Origin: Eledone cirrhosa
Taxonomy: Eukaryota
Direction: 5' to 3'
Assembly: GCA_964016885.1 (NCBI GenBank)
Contig: OZ024740.1
Location: 369,520,001-369,584,000, forward strand
DNA length: 64,000 bases
This document shows, piece by piece, positions 27,466 to 43,192 of this stretch; position 1 is the stretch's first letter; every line of letters begins with the position of its first letter. Under the pieces are notes generated by a model. That model was given only the letters and a program-made list of their open reading frames with translations. It ran no database searches and was not told where the DNA came from. The position numbers and the translations under genes are program-made.

Positions 27466-29999
27466 AGAAACTGAACCTTCTATCCTACATCATTAATCTC
27501 TTTGCACTTTTATCCGTCTTCCCAATGAATATAACATCGGGATAGCTTTGTGCACTTTGGAGGTCATTGTGATGTGGGTATTCATACATAATCCACCCGA
27601 TGAGAAGTTCCATAAGTTTTATCTCTGCACTCACCACATGCCCGTACTGCTGTGCAAATGAGACAACCGGATAATAGAAATATTATGTTTGTCTCCGTCG
27701 CCACAAATCTTTAAAATAATATTTCCGTCCAATATTATCGGTTCTGTTTATGAAGCATTCGTCATGCCACTTATCGCTCAAGGCGTCATCCAACGTCCTT
27801 CATGTAGGAATGGAACCCTCCATTTCATGAAATAAAAACACATTTATGCCACATTCCTTGACACACTTTATTTAAATGAACTTGTTGGACTCCAAAATGT
27901 GTAACATAGTTCTTCACCCTATTGCTTTTACTTGACCTTGACAGTGTAAGTCGCTGCTAGTTTCCTAGAACATTGTCAATTTCTGTACTGTTATTGCTGT
28001 ACTTGATATTATTGATTTCACTCATTGTTTTCTCTCTTCCATTTAAATAGACATTTGTAGGTCTTTAGGATTTCTATATCTATTGTACAAATTCTGTGTG
28101 TCGATTAAATATTTTCGTTTGACTATAATTCGGGAGACGTTTGTTCACGTTACTGCAGTGTGAACTCTGGTGATCACTTATTTTCTGAATGTATGCGGCA
28201 GCCTTCTGCAATCTTTGCATATATTGCAAATGGCTATTTGTAACAAAAATATGTATAAACACTTTAAATTGTATATGGGCAAATGTTTTCAATACTCGAG
28301 ATAATGGAATAGAAGTTCAAATATTCTGGGGTCATTCGGTGGAAAAATAGCCTCACATCCAAAAGATAATTTTCATAAGATAACTCGGTAAGAAAAATAT
28401 TTTTACGTAGATATCTAAGAAACATGAGCGTTCACAATGAACAACAAGTACTCTATATATTACATTTTTTATCAACATCAACATTGCCTTCAGCGGCAAC
28501 CATTGACATCGACATCGTCAGCAACGCCAACACCTACATTATTATCATCACTATCATTTTGGAAATTGACTTTAATCTACTCTCTCTATGTCACATTGAG
28601 ATATATTTGTACGTGTGTCTATTTTTGAAATCATATGTATTATTGCTCTTATGTAGGAGGCTAAGAATTGTCAAGTGGTCGAGTGGCAGACGAAAATGCC
28701 ATTTGTTATTTATTCCGCAGCCATACTTTGGTCTTAACAAATTGGATTACTTGTACATAACATAGAAATGGTTTGGCCGAATCAATAATATAAAGTATCA
28801 ATCAAATTCTAGAGTGGATTACTTCGAATACACCAATTCACTAGCATTTAGGCTTTACGTAGATCATAGAGAGCATTATTTTTATTACGATGTGACCTGT
28901 GAATAGAAGAAATGTGAGAGGACTGGTAAAATGACCTCACACAGTTATATTTTTGGATTTTACGTTAAAATATTTCATCAAATTATAATACATTATACAA
29001 TTATAAGATCATACAATAACACAATATAATAAAGGCATATGACTATCTTTTTAATATACATTTTGTGTTTCATATTTATACGTATGATGACACAATTCCG
29101 TTGGATTTTATCCGACAAGATATTGTTTAACGTAAGAAATATATTGAAGATGATAGACGATGAAGCTGTTACCATATAATTTTTATATAAAATTACTTTT
29201 TTTTGAAATAAGCTCTTCTTACATATGTGGCACGATTTTCTTTTATTTACAGCAAATCCAACAAACAGGTAGATAATATCCCATTCATTTCATGTATTTT
29301 ATTCAATTACAAATGTTTTGAACTCCATATACTTTCTGGAATCAGATACAGCTCAACTGCCTCCTGCTATCACGATAGCTATATCTATTCATATACACTT
29401 AAGCTTTGCGGTGTTTGGATTAAATCCAATGGAAAGACTTTATATAAAGGTGACACATTTCTTTTATAGATATGATAATGTAATCAATTATCTAACTATT
29501 TAGTAATCGCCATGCCAGACACCTTAAAGGACATGGAGAACGTGCCTTATATGGTATAAGAAAATACACATCGGAATGATTGTGGTTGGTGGAAAAAAAA
29601 ATATGAGAAAGACATGCCGAATCATCGAATATGTAATTTAACATAACAGCTTAGTTGGTAATTCTCTTGACGCTAAAACGGTTACGGCTGGTGAAGTGGC
29701 ATAACTAGAGACAATTTCCATTGCTATAATTGTAGGCAACTTCAACTACATAGGTTAACTGACCAGCTATCATTGTTGCCAAACTGACTCGAGAAAAAAG
29801 TGATAAGAAATTCCTAGTCGAAAGCATTCTATACGGAAATAAATTAGTAGTATTTGAGGTACTATGTGAATATTTTCCCCGAAAAATGAAAGTTATTAAA
29901 TATTTCCAAATAACCCTAATATTCTTTCATTTTCAAATGACATTTTTTTTTCCGATTTAGTCCTGTGCAGTTCAATATATTTCTGAATTATATAAAATA

Positions 30000-30450
30000 G
30001 ATTGGAAATCGTTTGCATGCATCAGCACGCTAATGCTGGATTCAGTATCAGATATATTCTGCATTTGTAGAAGCTAAATGATGTTTTTAATAGTATTTTA
30101 GAAAAGTATTTCTTCAATATAGACAACAATTCTCTTCTAAAATTGCTATCCCGCTCAAATAGATAGAAATTGGTATTGTAGTTTAGCACAAAGCATTCCG
30201 CAATCGGACAAACTTACGATCAAATTCTTTTCAGTCATGATTGTCTCATCCTTTTCAATATCAGGAATTGAATTGTCCAATATACCCGCCTTTATTGATA
30301 ATGCTCTTCTTGTTTCTGCTATTCTACTACGTCGAGCAAACACAATTTATCCAAATTCTGGACACATTACCTGACAAAAAAAAAGAAACTAAAATAAAAA
30401 GTATCACTTGCCATAAAAAGAAGATTCAGTTGATTACACAATGTAAATAA
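30000..30450 (-). mobile_element. Old RTE-like LINE remnant
   Basis: RRSRIAETRRALSIKAGILDNSI resembles the post-RT RTE motif (RRIxxAxxAF). Boundaries are uncertain. Confidence 0.35.
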
Positions 30451-31333
30451 ATCTGGTTCACATCACTACTTCCTCCTCCTCCAAGTCCTTATGGCCTAAT
30501 ATCATAGTGCGAATACATACGTATGCATGTGGGACCGTAAATGTATTTGTTTATATATTTATTCATTTAATTGTTTATTTATTACAAATACTCTCTGCAT
30601 TTAAAATCTAGTTACTGTAATATACATGCATATGACGTATACCAAAATACAAACTAAAAGGAATGTGTATTCACAGTTATATAGTAATCGATATGATTGT
30701 ACTTGAAAGGTGAAATACCCTACACACAAACACACACGCACAGACAAACATACTCACACACACGCACACACACACATACGAACACACATATGTAAGCATG
30801 TAACATAATAAGTATTCTGTAAATGTACGTTGCATGAGTATAAAACAACCTATCTCCTTAACTCACATGTAGCAACAGATCTAACTGTTGCTGCTTTGAT
30901 GGTGCTGACGGTGTTTCTAATGGCGGAGACTACGATGATAAATATCAATACAAATGTAAATATATCCGTTTCTATTTACATTTCTACTATACTCAATGTG
31001 AAATTAATCGGCTTAAAATAGAACGTATCAAAATGAAATGAGAATAAATGAAGGAAACCACAACAATAACCAAAAAGAACAGAGAAAAAAAAGCAACACC
31101 AAGCACATTAGTAGCAGCAGCAGCAACAGTAGTGGCAAAATGTCGTTGTAATCACAATTCACAACAGAACTAACACGTGCTGTACTTACTTTCAAGCAGG
31201 CAACCAGGAAATTAAACCTCAAACAACTTAGGATACTATAGATAATCAAACGAAAGAGCAGTATGAAAACAGTCTGGTTGAAGAAAAACCAGGCGGTAAT
31301 TGATATAGACAGTAACAAGATGGGCTGGTAATA

Positions 31334-31434
31334 TAATTGTTTCTACTTTTGGCACAAGGCCAGTAATTAACCAGTGCATTACTGGTACTTTATTTTATCG
31401 ACCCCGTAAGGATGAAAGGCAAAGTAAACCTCGG
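31334..31434 (-). mobile_element. 5'-truncated SINE (family A) with 15-bp TSD
   Basis: GGCTGGTAATATAAT at 31323-31337 and 31433-31447. Confidence 0.9.
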
Positions 31435-31760
31435 CTGGTAATATAATGACATATTTTAGCTATGATGTTTTCTTTGGAAGTAATGAAAACTAATGCTTAT
31501 AACTGCATTGTATATAAGGATTGTCTAGATTTCTGACCAGCATAAAATATACTGTCTCCAATACAGAAACCTGAATTAGGTATTCACAATTGTATGAATG
31601 TATGTATGTATATATGTATGTACGTATGTGTGTGTATGCATGTATGTATTTATGTACGTATGTATGCATATTAATATAATTATCTGCATGTTAATGATTA
31701 TGTGAAATTATGGTTATAATTATTTCTCGAAATACGTGATTTGAATATCTGTATCATGGC

Positions 31761-31895
31761 ACAGGCGTAGCTGAGTGCTTAATAATTACATATCACAACC
31801 AGGCAAAGTTTATTCGATCTCACAGCATGGTAGTTGGACACATATTTTTCATAATAGCCTCAGGTTCTGAGACCGCATTTGAATAGACGGAAATT
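31761..31895 (+). mobile_element. Degenerate tRNA-derived SINE (second family)
   Basis: CAGGCGTAGCTGAGTG...TTCGATCTCACAGCATGG...ATAGCCTC...TAGACGGAAA resembles my recollection of a common octopus SINE. Confidence 0.45.
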
Positions 31896-32112
31896 TGTGT
31901 CCAAATACCATCTGTTGAATATAATCTTTGTCCAAATACCATCTGTTGAACAGAATCTGTGTCCAAATACCATCTGTTAAACAGAATATGTGTCAAAATA
32001 CCATCTGTTGAACAAAATCATTGTCCAAATACCATCTGTTGAACAGAATCTGTGTCCAAATACCATCTGTTGAACAGAATCATTGTCCAAATACCATCTG
32101 TTGAACAGAATC
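31896..32112. repeat. 31-bp minisatellite, about 7 copies (TGTGTCCAAATACCATCTGTTGAACAGAATC)
   Basis: Tandem copies. Confidence 0.92.
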
Positions 32113-32699
32113 TTTAACCAAAATGTTTATCCTTCACACATCGAAATTAAAGTCAGGTTTACATGTGTCTGCATAAGACTCAGCTACTACCATTAAATAT
32201 GTTGGCATTTCGGTTGGTTCAACAAATAAAATACTGGTCTTCGAAAACAGCAGAAGATTCTTTTCGGCATTCTCCTCCCGCGAATCTCATATTTTAACAA
32301 TTTTGTTCACTTCATATGTAGACAGTATTGGAAAAATTCTTGTAGCAGCGCCAAAATGTGTCTACATTAATGCTGCTCTCCTATTCTCACCTATCCGCAT
32401 TTATTCCCTTTCTTTCATTACGCGTAACACGTTCCAGCCACCTATTGGCCAATCATCGGCCAATCACACACAGTCTCTATATTGATTGGCTCACCCGTCC
32501 AATAAGACCTTGGACTCAACGTGTGCGCACGGATAGGCGAGAATAGGAGAGAAGCATTAATGTAGACACAGCATTTTCTCCCCGCTTTTTAAAGCTTTAA
32601 GCTTGAAAAAAACTGGCGACTATTGTAGATTGATCCATTTTCTAGTCAGTATGTGTGAGGACCAATGCAGTCGATTATTTTGAGTGATGGTGATAATTT

Positions 32700-35260
32700 C
32701 GGTCTTCCTTTTACTGTACTACTCTCTCTTACACGCACATTTTGACCGACTTGCAGAAATTTTCGCTTTTTGCTATAAGTTGCTTGCTATCTAGACAATT
32801 TTGCTTTAGTCTTAATCTCCGACGACTGAGCACATGTGGTGGTATCTAAGGCGGCAGCGTCTAATTTAGTGCGCAAGGTTCGATCTAAGAACTGTTCTGC
32901 CGGTGTCACTTCGGTCGCACTGTGGGGCGTCGATCGTAGTGTCTGCAGCGCCTTCGATACTGCGTCATCCCATGTCAGACCGTGAAGTTGTAGTGTTTGA
33001 ATAGTTTATTTAAGTGTTTTATTGTATATTTCCACCAACCTGTTTGCTTGAGGAATATAAGGGACAGATTTGGAGTGCTTAATCCCATTATCATTGAGGA
33101 AGGTTTCGAACAATCTACTGCGGAATTGGGGACCATTGTCCGACAGGAGATCTTCCGATAGGCCAAAACGCGCAAACAGAAGATAACCAAGTGATTATAT
33201 AGACAGTTGTAGCTTCTCCACATGCACATACATCGCAACATCGACTGAAGTAACATATCAGTACGACAGGTAAGCTTTGTTTTTCGGTGCTGTTGCGAAG
33301 GGGCCCATCATGTCAATTGCCACTTTGGCCCATGGATTTAAAGGATACTGAACGGGTTGAATTGCGGCGGGTAATAGCTTTGAAGATTTGTCAGTCTGGA
33401 ATCATGGCTGGCATGATCGGACAGACGATTCGATCTGTGAATTACAATCAGGCCACGAGTACCATTGACGCAGCTGTTGTTTCGTTCGCACAATACCGGG
33501 ATGACCTTAATGTGCAACCATAACTCGTCTTTGTAAACTGGTAGGAAAGACCAAGATGTTTCCACAAAACATGCACTCCCGCAATATGGACAGCTCAGAG
33601 CGGGCTTGGAAATATGACCGAAGAGTGTTGTTAACGCATCGACATTGAGGCCGTCCCTCCGTAATAAACTGTTTTACTCATTTCAGAACGATACCTTTTT
33701 CCAACTCTAGAGCAAATTCAGATAGCGGAAGGGCATGTCCTTTTGAGGCGCAAGGCTGGCTATAATTTCGTTATCTTCTTCAGTTCTAAGGCTGGTAAAT
33801 GCGGGGACCAAGACAACGCATCCGCGACTTGATTGTTCGTTCCTGATCTATATTCAACGCGGAAATCATAAGTCAAAAGACGGGCGTACCAACGTGTGAT
33901 TGTTAAGGGTCGATGAACTTTTCCGCCGGTACTCAACAGGGTTGTCAATAATGAATTGTCGGTGCGGAGTCCGAAACGACGCCCAAAGAGATAGTGATGC
34001 CATATTTCGCATGCCCAAACGCAAGGGAGCGCTTCTTTTTCGCCTACGGAGTATTTTTGTTCCGTTGTCGACAAAGTTATAAACGCATACGCGACATCTC
34101 GTTTGAAACCGTTTTACATTTTTGATAGGACGCCACCAAGACCAACGCCAGACGCATCTGTAGATACTATCGTCGGTGCGCTGCAATCTAACATCGATAG
34201 GGCTGGGGGAGTAGATAACAATTCTTTTATGCGAGTAAAACTTAGTTCCTGGATGTCTGTCCACATGAAGTCCACGTTAGGTTTCGTCAGACTACGAAGA
34301 GGTTCGGTTATTGTTGCAAAATCGGGCAACATTTTCAGGTAGTACGCACACCTCCCAGAAAGCTGTTGTAATTCTTTCTTGAATGCGGGGGCGGGAGTCC
34401 GAGCCACGGCATCTACGTTACAGTGCTGGGTCCTATGCCTTCTGATGAAATATGATGACCCAGAAAGTGTGTACTGTTGACACCAAAGTGACATTTTTCT
34501 TTGTTAAGATGGAGATCAAGTTGTTGAAAGCGGTCAGAACGCTGTCGTAATATTAGATCGTGTTCAGCTTTTGATGTCTCAAAGACCCAAATGTCATCCA
34601 TATAGAAAACGATGCCTTTCATCCCCGTGAAATGTAAGTCATGAAGCGTTGCCATGCAGCCGGTGCAGAACTGAGACCCATAGCAAGAACTTTGTAATGA
34701 AATAGGCTTTTGGAGTAAGGAAAGCGGTAAGCTGCCTCGATATCTCACACAATTCCATATGGAAATAGGCGTTAGAAACGTCCATTTCGGAGAAGAATTT
34801 TGCACTCGCTAGATGAGCCGCTAGTTCGTCAAATGAGGGAAGCATAAATTTGTCGAGAATAATTTGTTTGTTTAAGCGTTTTAAATCACAGCAAATGGGT
34901 ACGCGGCCATCCTTCTTAAGCACACAAACCATCGGGTGAATCCAGTCACTACTTATGATCGGTTCTATAACGTCTGATTGCCAACGGTTTGAAATCATGT
35001 TCTCTAGCTTAGGCGATATTCTAAGTGGGACCATTGCGTTACGACCTAACAACGGTTTATATTGCCTTGGGCAGAATGTTGGCGAGGAAAAATTCGAGAA
35101 AGCTGACGGTGTCATCAGAATAGCTCAAGAACTTGTAGGCGGTATGAAGTAAAGGCGATTGACTGAAGTGTGACTGTAAAAAGGCTTCGGGGACTATGGT
35201 AATTGGAGATGCTGAATCAAGCTCCATCAATGGCATTTTTACCATCAGCCGACAGAGTAA
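32700..35260 (-). pseudogene. pol: Gypsy pol remnant (protease, RT, RNase H, integrase), multiple frameshifts
   Basis: ELDSASPITIV; WIHPMVCVLKKDGRVPICCD; FYMDDI; TDASGVGLGGVL; EKEAL; VADALS; HDSRL..PQFN. Confidence 0.9.
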
Positions 35261-36100
35261 CGTGCCGACAATCGGCTTTAAGAAGCTTAGGCTCATAATC
35301 ATTCTCGGCAGTAAGCTGACTGATGATTGAATATATTGAAACATCGTTTTCGGTTTCTGTTGCTTCTTCAATACGGTGAACTGTTTTGGCAAAATGACCC
35401 CTCTTCCCACAGTTCCGACAAATCGAATATTTGGTGGGGCATGGAGGAAAGGTCGCATTATGACCAGGATTCCCACAGCGGAAACATTTGCTGTTGGATT
35501 GCATTGAAATTTTACTTTGCTCTAGAGCAACCTTATCAATGTTCTGCTGTTCTTCTTGTTCGAAAGCCTTCATTTGAAACTTAATGCTTTCTTTGAAGCG
35601 AACCATATTGCAGGCTTTGTAGAACGACAAGGTGTGCGAATCCTCGTTTAAAAGCGCCTCTCGTGTACTATCGCTCTCAATGCCGGAGATTAGTTGCTGC
35701 ATTAACATAGCGTCTTTAAATTCGGACTTAGTTAGAATGTCGTATTCACATTCGGTAACTTCTTTGCGCAGTTTTAAGATAAAACTATCAGCCGAATCAC
35801 CGCGGTTCTGCTGAAGGCGACTGAATTGATGCTTCGCGAAGAAAACGCTTTGTGTTGTCCTCCAAAGGCGATCGAGTTCATAAATAGCTGCGTGCACATT
35901 TTTGAAATCGTGGCAGTCGAACTACTAGCGACCGGCTTCACCAAGATAATGGCGCATTAAGACTAATTTGGAGTCGTCTATCAGCGCAATCGATGGGTTG
36001 AACACCGGAAGAAGGCTCAAGTAGTTGAGAATTCCTTCTTCCACGATGTCCATTTCTGCGCGGTCGGTAGGGCGAATTCTTCAACCCGGAAGTAATGCAA
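35217..36100 (-). pseudogene. gag: Gypsy gag remnant
   Basis: QNRGDSADSFILKLRKEVTECEY and zinc knuckles CFRCGNPGH..CP..CRNCGKRGHFAK. Confidence 0.85.
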
Positions 36101-37202
36101 GTGGGGTTGATTCATAGTGATTTTTTTCCGAAAATGATCCAATTTGTGAAAGAAAATAGCAGGTGACTTCGCGACGCCAATTGTTGTATTCGGGTTCCCA
36201 AGTAAGAACAAGTGTAAAGACGGTAGGAAGTTGTATTAAACAACGTATGTATAACTGTACGCAGGATGGCACGGAGCCGCAATCAAAGCACGATGTACAG
36301 AGTAAAGTGTCACGTTCACATGCGTGTGCTCAAACGTTGAGTCCAAGGTCTTATTGGACGAGCGAGCCAATCAATATGAAGACTGTGTGTGTGATTGGCC
36401 GATGAGTGGCCAATAAGTGGCTGGAACGTGTTACGCGTAATGAAAGAAAGGTAAGAAATACGGATAGGCGAGAATGGGAGAGAAGCATTAATGTAGACAC
36501 AACATCCTGTATCATATTTTACATCTGTGTAAATTCCACCCAATCTTAATCAAGTGCCACATTTAGGCGTTTTAGTAGCATCTCTTTATATTTCGTGCAT
36601 GTATTATGTGCGCATTTCTTGTCAATGGATTGCAAGAACATACTTTTAAAGTCCCATTACTCAGTCTATTGGCCACTGTCATCCGAAACATAAATATGCA
36701 TCACTCTTTACTAATGAGCAGAACTGTTTTCGTTTAATTTTCTTTTGCTGTGAAATAATAAAATGTTACTGGATGCATACACGTAACCTTGGTACGGAAT
36801 ATTTTGCAACTTTAATGATCTAATTTACCTCATCTATTCATGTCTTTGATTCACAGATTAATGAGGTGAATACATTTCGAAACATTTTGGTACAGGGCTC
36901 CTGTCTAAAGTAGCTGATACAATACTGAAATCACATTCAATGTCAAAGTTGTAGTTATGTTTTCTGGTACTCACATTTGACTTTTAAAACAAATAAGTAT
37001 GATCTAATATAGCGTCAGACCAATAGATTTGTTTTGATAATTAGACGAGTCTACTATATTTATTTGTTTTAAATTATACAAGAGGTTTCTCCATTAAAAG
37101 ATACAATAATAGTATATCTGCTTCGGTGGGTGGTTTAAGAGATCCAGATCATCGATTAGACGACTTGGTACATATTTCAGAATTGGTTTCATTAATATAA
37201 CT

Positions 37203-37557
37203 ATAATTGTTTCTACTTTAGGCACAAGTCCAGCAATTACCCAGCACATTACTGGTACTTTATTTTATCGACCCCGTAAGGATGAAAGGCAAAGTTAACC
37301 TCGGCCGGATTTGAACTAAAGGGACGTAGCTCTATGCTAGAAAGCATGGCGTCCAACCCTAATATAACTATAATTGTTTCTACTTTAGGCACAAGGCCAG
37401 CAAATTACCCAGTGCATTACTGGTACTTTATTTTATCGAACCCGTGAGGATGAAAGGCAAAGTCAACCTCGGCGGGATTTGAACTCAGATCATAAAGGGA
37501 CGTAACTATGCTGGAAAGCATGGCGTCCGACCCTCTACCGATACTGCCAATCCACCG
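37203..37557 (-). mobile_element. Two tandem SINE family A copies (37203-37340 partial; 37370-37557 full)
   Basis: TAATATAACTATAAT occurs three times: before, between and after the copies. Confidence 0.9.
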
Positions 37558-38930
37558 ATATAATCCACTAATATAACTATAATGTTACTGAGACAGTATA
37601 TTTCACTATTTGGGCCCGCTAAAACTGGTCTTAATTTAAGGCCATTTGTGTATTGTAAGTTTATAACCGTAAAGTCTGATAGTGCTGCAATCAAAAAGGT
37701 TTTAAATAGTCGCATTCTGTTTTGTTAGGCCTTTTTATTTAGTCGTATTATCGTGTTTCATTACCGGCAATTGTTTACCTTTTCATAATAGATAGTGTCT
37801 TGAAGGAAAGAGGATATACAACTTTTAAACTATTCAACATCCATAATGACGATAGTACATTGATTGACCGTTTCCTTAATTATGATGTCATGATTAGCTT
37901 TTAATTTGTGGATAATTTCCTATTCGTTTCGGCTGGTGTTGAATTTAGGTTTAATCACGCCATTGCCATCACCCTATCTCATTATACTTTAAACGTGAGC
38001 CACTATTCTGCATAAAAACTGAGACATCCCGATTATGGCGGTAAATTATCAAAAACTTTGATGCCTAGTCACTCTATCAAATGGCACTTCAAACATATAG
38101 AAAACTAAGCATGAATTTTTGCATAAAACTGACAGAAATTCCAAACATCAGACAGATGCGAATCAAAAGTGGACATATCCTTACATGTGTCCCTTTCTCT
38201 TGACTTGAAAATAACGAAACTTGTGAAATGGGTAAAGTTAAAAATGATTGTAAATAATTTTTAAACACACCAATTGCATTTTCAACTTACCCTCATGGGA
38301 CATATTAAACAAAATTATTATCGAATATATATATATATATAAATATATATATAAGAAAAGGGAAGTAAGGATTCTATACAAAACAGTGGATATAGAGAAT
38401 AGATGAAGTTGGGAATAGCACGGGAGATATATTTAAGGGTGTTTTTCTTTTTCGATTCGTCAAAGTGACATTATTGAGAAGATAATGTATTTAAAAAATG
38501 AGAGGGACAATTCTTTTCAAAAGATGTTTTATGATGTATATGAAGTATATGAAGAAATTACCGGTTTCGATGTGTTATCTAAATCCATATTGTCAAATGC
38601 TGAGTGTAAAAAATTAAAAAGAGTTGATATGTGTTAAAAACGAAAGGTTTAAAATTAAAATCAAAATCATATGTTTGAATACATTTTCTTCCATCCTGCT
38701 TGCTGAAAGGTTGGGTGGAATGAGAACTTTACTTGTTTTTCTGCAAGGGAGGATGTTGTTTTAAAAAATATCCTGTGTTGTTAGTCCTCCGAGGAACTGG
38801 AATCACATGAATATATGATTCCAGTTCCTCGGAGGTCTAACGACAAACACAGGAGCTGGACATATCGATGAATTGACACAGTGGAACACATTTCAGAAAC
38901 ATGTCTACCTGTTTTTCCCCATTAATTCCT

Positions 38931-38984
38931 ACTGCCCGATGAGGTCACAGCCAATAATAGCTGTCACTGAAATATATATAACAG
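38931..38984 (+). ncRNA. Hammerhead ribozyme (CCGATGA variant) in a PLE 3' fragment
   Basis: ctgc-CCGATGA-ggtcacagc(caataata)gctgtcact-GAAA-tatata-TA-acag, related to the 12032 HHR. A hairpin lies upstream at 38775-38850. Confidence 0.65.
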
Positions 38985-39094
38985 ATAATATATAATAAAC
39001 GAAGCTAAATTTAAATGTTTGACTTACTTATTTTAATATATATATATAGTTAGGGAAGCAGAACATTGCTTATTGTAATCTAAACCTCATTTTC

Positions 39095-40182
<1,088 letters not shown>

Positions 40183-40444
40183 GGGAAAATGAGGTTTTTA
40201 AAAAAAGATGTCCCACACTGGTGAAAGTAGAAGAAAATCTTATTGAAAATGCAACTAGAATCCTTTAAGAATATTTATATATTTACTTTTGAAAATCATA
40301 AAACTGCGAAACCGGTAAAGTAAATAATTAAATATGCTTAAAGACTCCAGTTTCATTTTCGTTTCCTTACACACACACACACATACACACACATATATAT
40401 ATGTATATATATATATAATATGACCCTCCCCAAGTATTAAAAAA

Positions 40445-40488
<44 letters not shown>

Positions 40489-40539
40489 TAATGTGTGTGT
40501 GTGTGTGTGTGTGTGTGTGTCTATATATATATATATATA

Positions 40540-41570
40540 GGTAAAAGGAAACAGAAATAACAACACTATCGGTACAGTATATGGAAGGGATATATTAGGT
40601 TAACGCTTGATATAGCAGGAAGAAGGTCTTAACAATTCGGTCGCTAGTCCTTCATCAGAAGAAAGAATGACAAATAAGATAGGACGGGAGGGTTGGAATT
40701 GGTAAACATGTCTTTAGATAAAAATAGTCTTTCCTGCTATAAAGGTTTGAAACGGATCATCGCAATACACGTTAGTACATTACATGAGCCTCTAACCTCC
40801 CGCTACTGACAGAGTGTGACAGGTACATATTTTCTTTGCCACAGTCGAAAAGCCGATCTCATGTCCGACAAGTTGTCTGTCACCAACCACCTTACAGGAA
40901 GAACTTGTTGACATGTTTGTGTCATCAACACAATATACATTTTCCTTGTGAAATTGAAGTATTATCCAACCCATTGTTGTTACGGTTTCTATAAAAGGAA
41001 ACCCTTCCTGACATCAACAACTTCACAGTTTGTACTGTGTGATTTCTTTGGTGGCACGAACAATACGTATGCTGTGGGTAATAGTTCTGACTGAAGGGCT
41101 CTCTTTACATGAGCGGATTGGATAGAATTGGGATGGGAACTAGGATGATGGCAGATAACAAAAATAATAACAATATTTATGCTGCCGTGGGTTTATGGCA
41201 TTAGGTGTGGTGGGAATATTACAAGAATAATATCAATAGTGTAGAAAGCTGAAGAGAAGGAGAGAAAGGAGGTGTATTGTTGTCATGGGTGTATGACACG
41301 TTTGACGGAGCTTGAGAGGAGTTTTAGTAATTAAGCGTTAAATGATTCTGAGCAGACGGTGATGGTAATAGAATGTATAATGGTGGGGTGTGAAACATTG
41401 CATTGAGTGGGAATTTAGTTTCCTAATATGAGCGGAATTCATGTTGAAAATTGTAATGGAAGACATAATAAAGCTTACCAAAGATCCGTGTGTATATAAC
41501 AAGTAATACATTAAGAAATGATAACTACTTTTGCACAAAAGTGACAGAAGCATATTAGAGTGCACATCAC
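40540..41570 (-). mobile_element. Degenerate PLE remnant
   Basis: HPSSHPNSIQSAHVKRAL, GFSTVAKKICTC, and a decayed HHR (ctt-CTGATGA-agg..cc-GAA-ttg-TT-aag, about 40628-40661). Confidence 0.5.
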
Positions 41571-42646
41571 GTTTCCCATGAATTGAAAGAATAACATTCA
41601 TGTGTATTCCTCTCTCACCCTCTCTCTTTCTCATTCTCTATGTCTCCCTCTCTCTCTATATATATATATATATACGTGCCTGTGCGTGCGTGCATGTTTG
41701 TGAATGTGTGTCTGTGTGTCTGCATCTGTGCGCATTTGTGTGTGTCTGTTTACCTACCAGTTACTCTCTCTAATTATCTAACTATTAAGCTCTTTGTCTA
41801 TCGTCTTCTCTCTTCAAACATAACTGAAACATCGTGAATGATTTTCGTACTTCGGATTGTTTGAAATAATTTCACGTACCGTCTATATTATTTTATCTTC
41901 TATCTATCACAGTGACCATTACGTCCTCACTACATACGTCTCTCAAATAGAATATATTTATATATTATATATCACCAAGCCGACTATCTCCAAATAATAA
42001 AACAATATGCATTTCAGCACAAGGATCTTGCAAGCATGTTCATAAAGATATATATGTTAAGCATACATAAACGGTGGCATACCTGGTAGCATAATATATA
42101 CATATCTGTTAGACACGCAGTGACTAACAACAGCATGTTTTAAGTCTGGGTGTCTGACATGACTAACATACATGCATAGCTTGTGAATAAAAATGTCAAG
42201 GGGTATCGCTGGCCGTGGTGATCCCTCCCAAGCATCTTTTGTAATGTATCGTCTTATTGGCTAATTTCATCGTCTTATTGGCTAATTTCATCGCCTTATT
42301 GGCAAATCAACCAACGTGAGTAATTGTTGCTCAAAGGTAACCGCCACTTTGTTTGCACGTTTATTTATCGTTTCGCTTTAGAATCTTCCTCCAGTATTTC
42401 GTCGTTTATCATCAAAATATTTTTCTCATTTTGGTAAGTCATATTGTTAATTTATATATAATTTTTTTAATTTATATTAACTATTAAAAGTCGGAAACTA
42501 TTTTTATACATCTTACAATAATATTTATAAGATCATTTTTAAAATAACAATTATATAATCTAATTACATTACAACGATAATTTATTATTAATAATATCAT
42601 GTTTAACTAGAGTTATTACAAGCGTTGCTTTAAAAAATATATACAT

Positions 42647-43192
<546 letters not shown>

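Larger units (their letters stand above)
32357..36504 (-). mobile_element. Ty3/Gypsy LTR retrotransposon, decayed; 5' LTR 36182-36504, rearranged 3' LTR 32357-32573
   Basis: LTR TGTTG...CAACA, PBS-like TGGCGTCGCGAAG, PPT AAAAAGCGGGGAGAAAA, and domain order gag-PR-RT-RH-IN. Confidence 0.93.

Noticed and set aside
32357-36504. DIRS-like or DNA transposon because of the inverted termini
   Set aside because: The Gypsy domain order, protease, PBS and PPT are present, and I saw no tyrosine recombinase or transposase motif. The inversion is confined to the 3' LTR.
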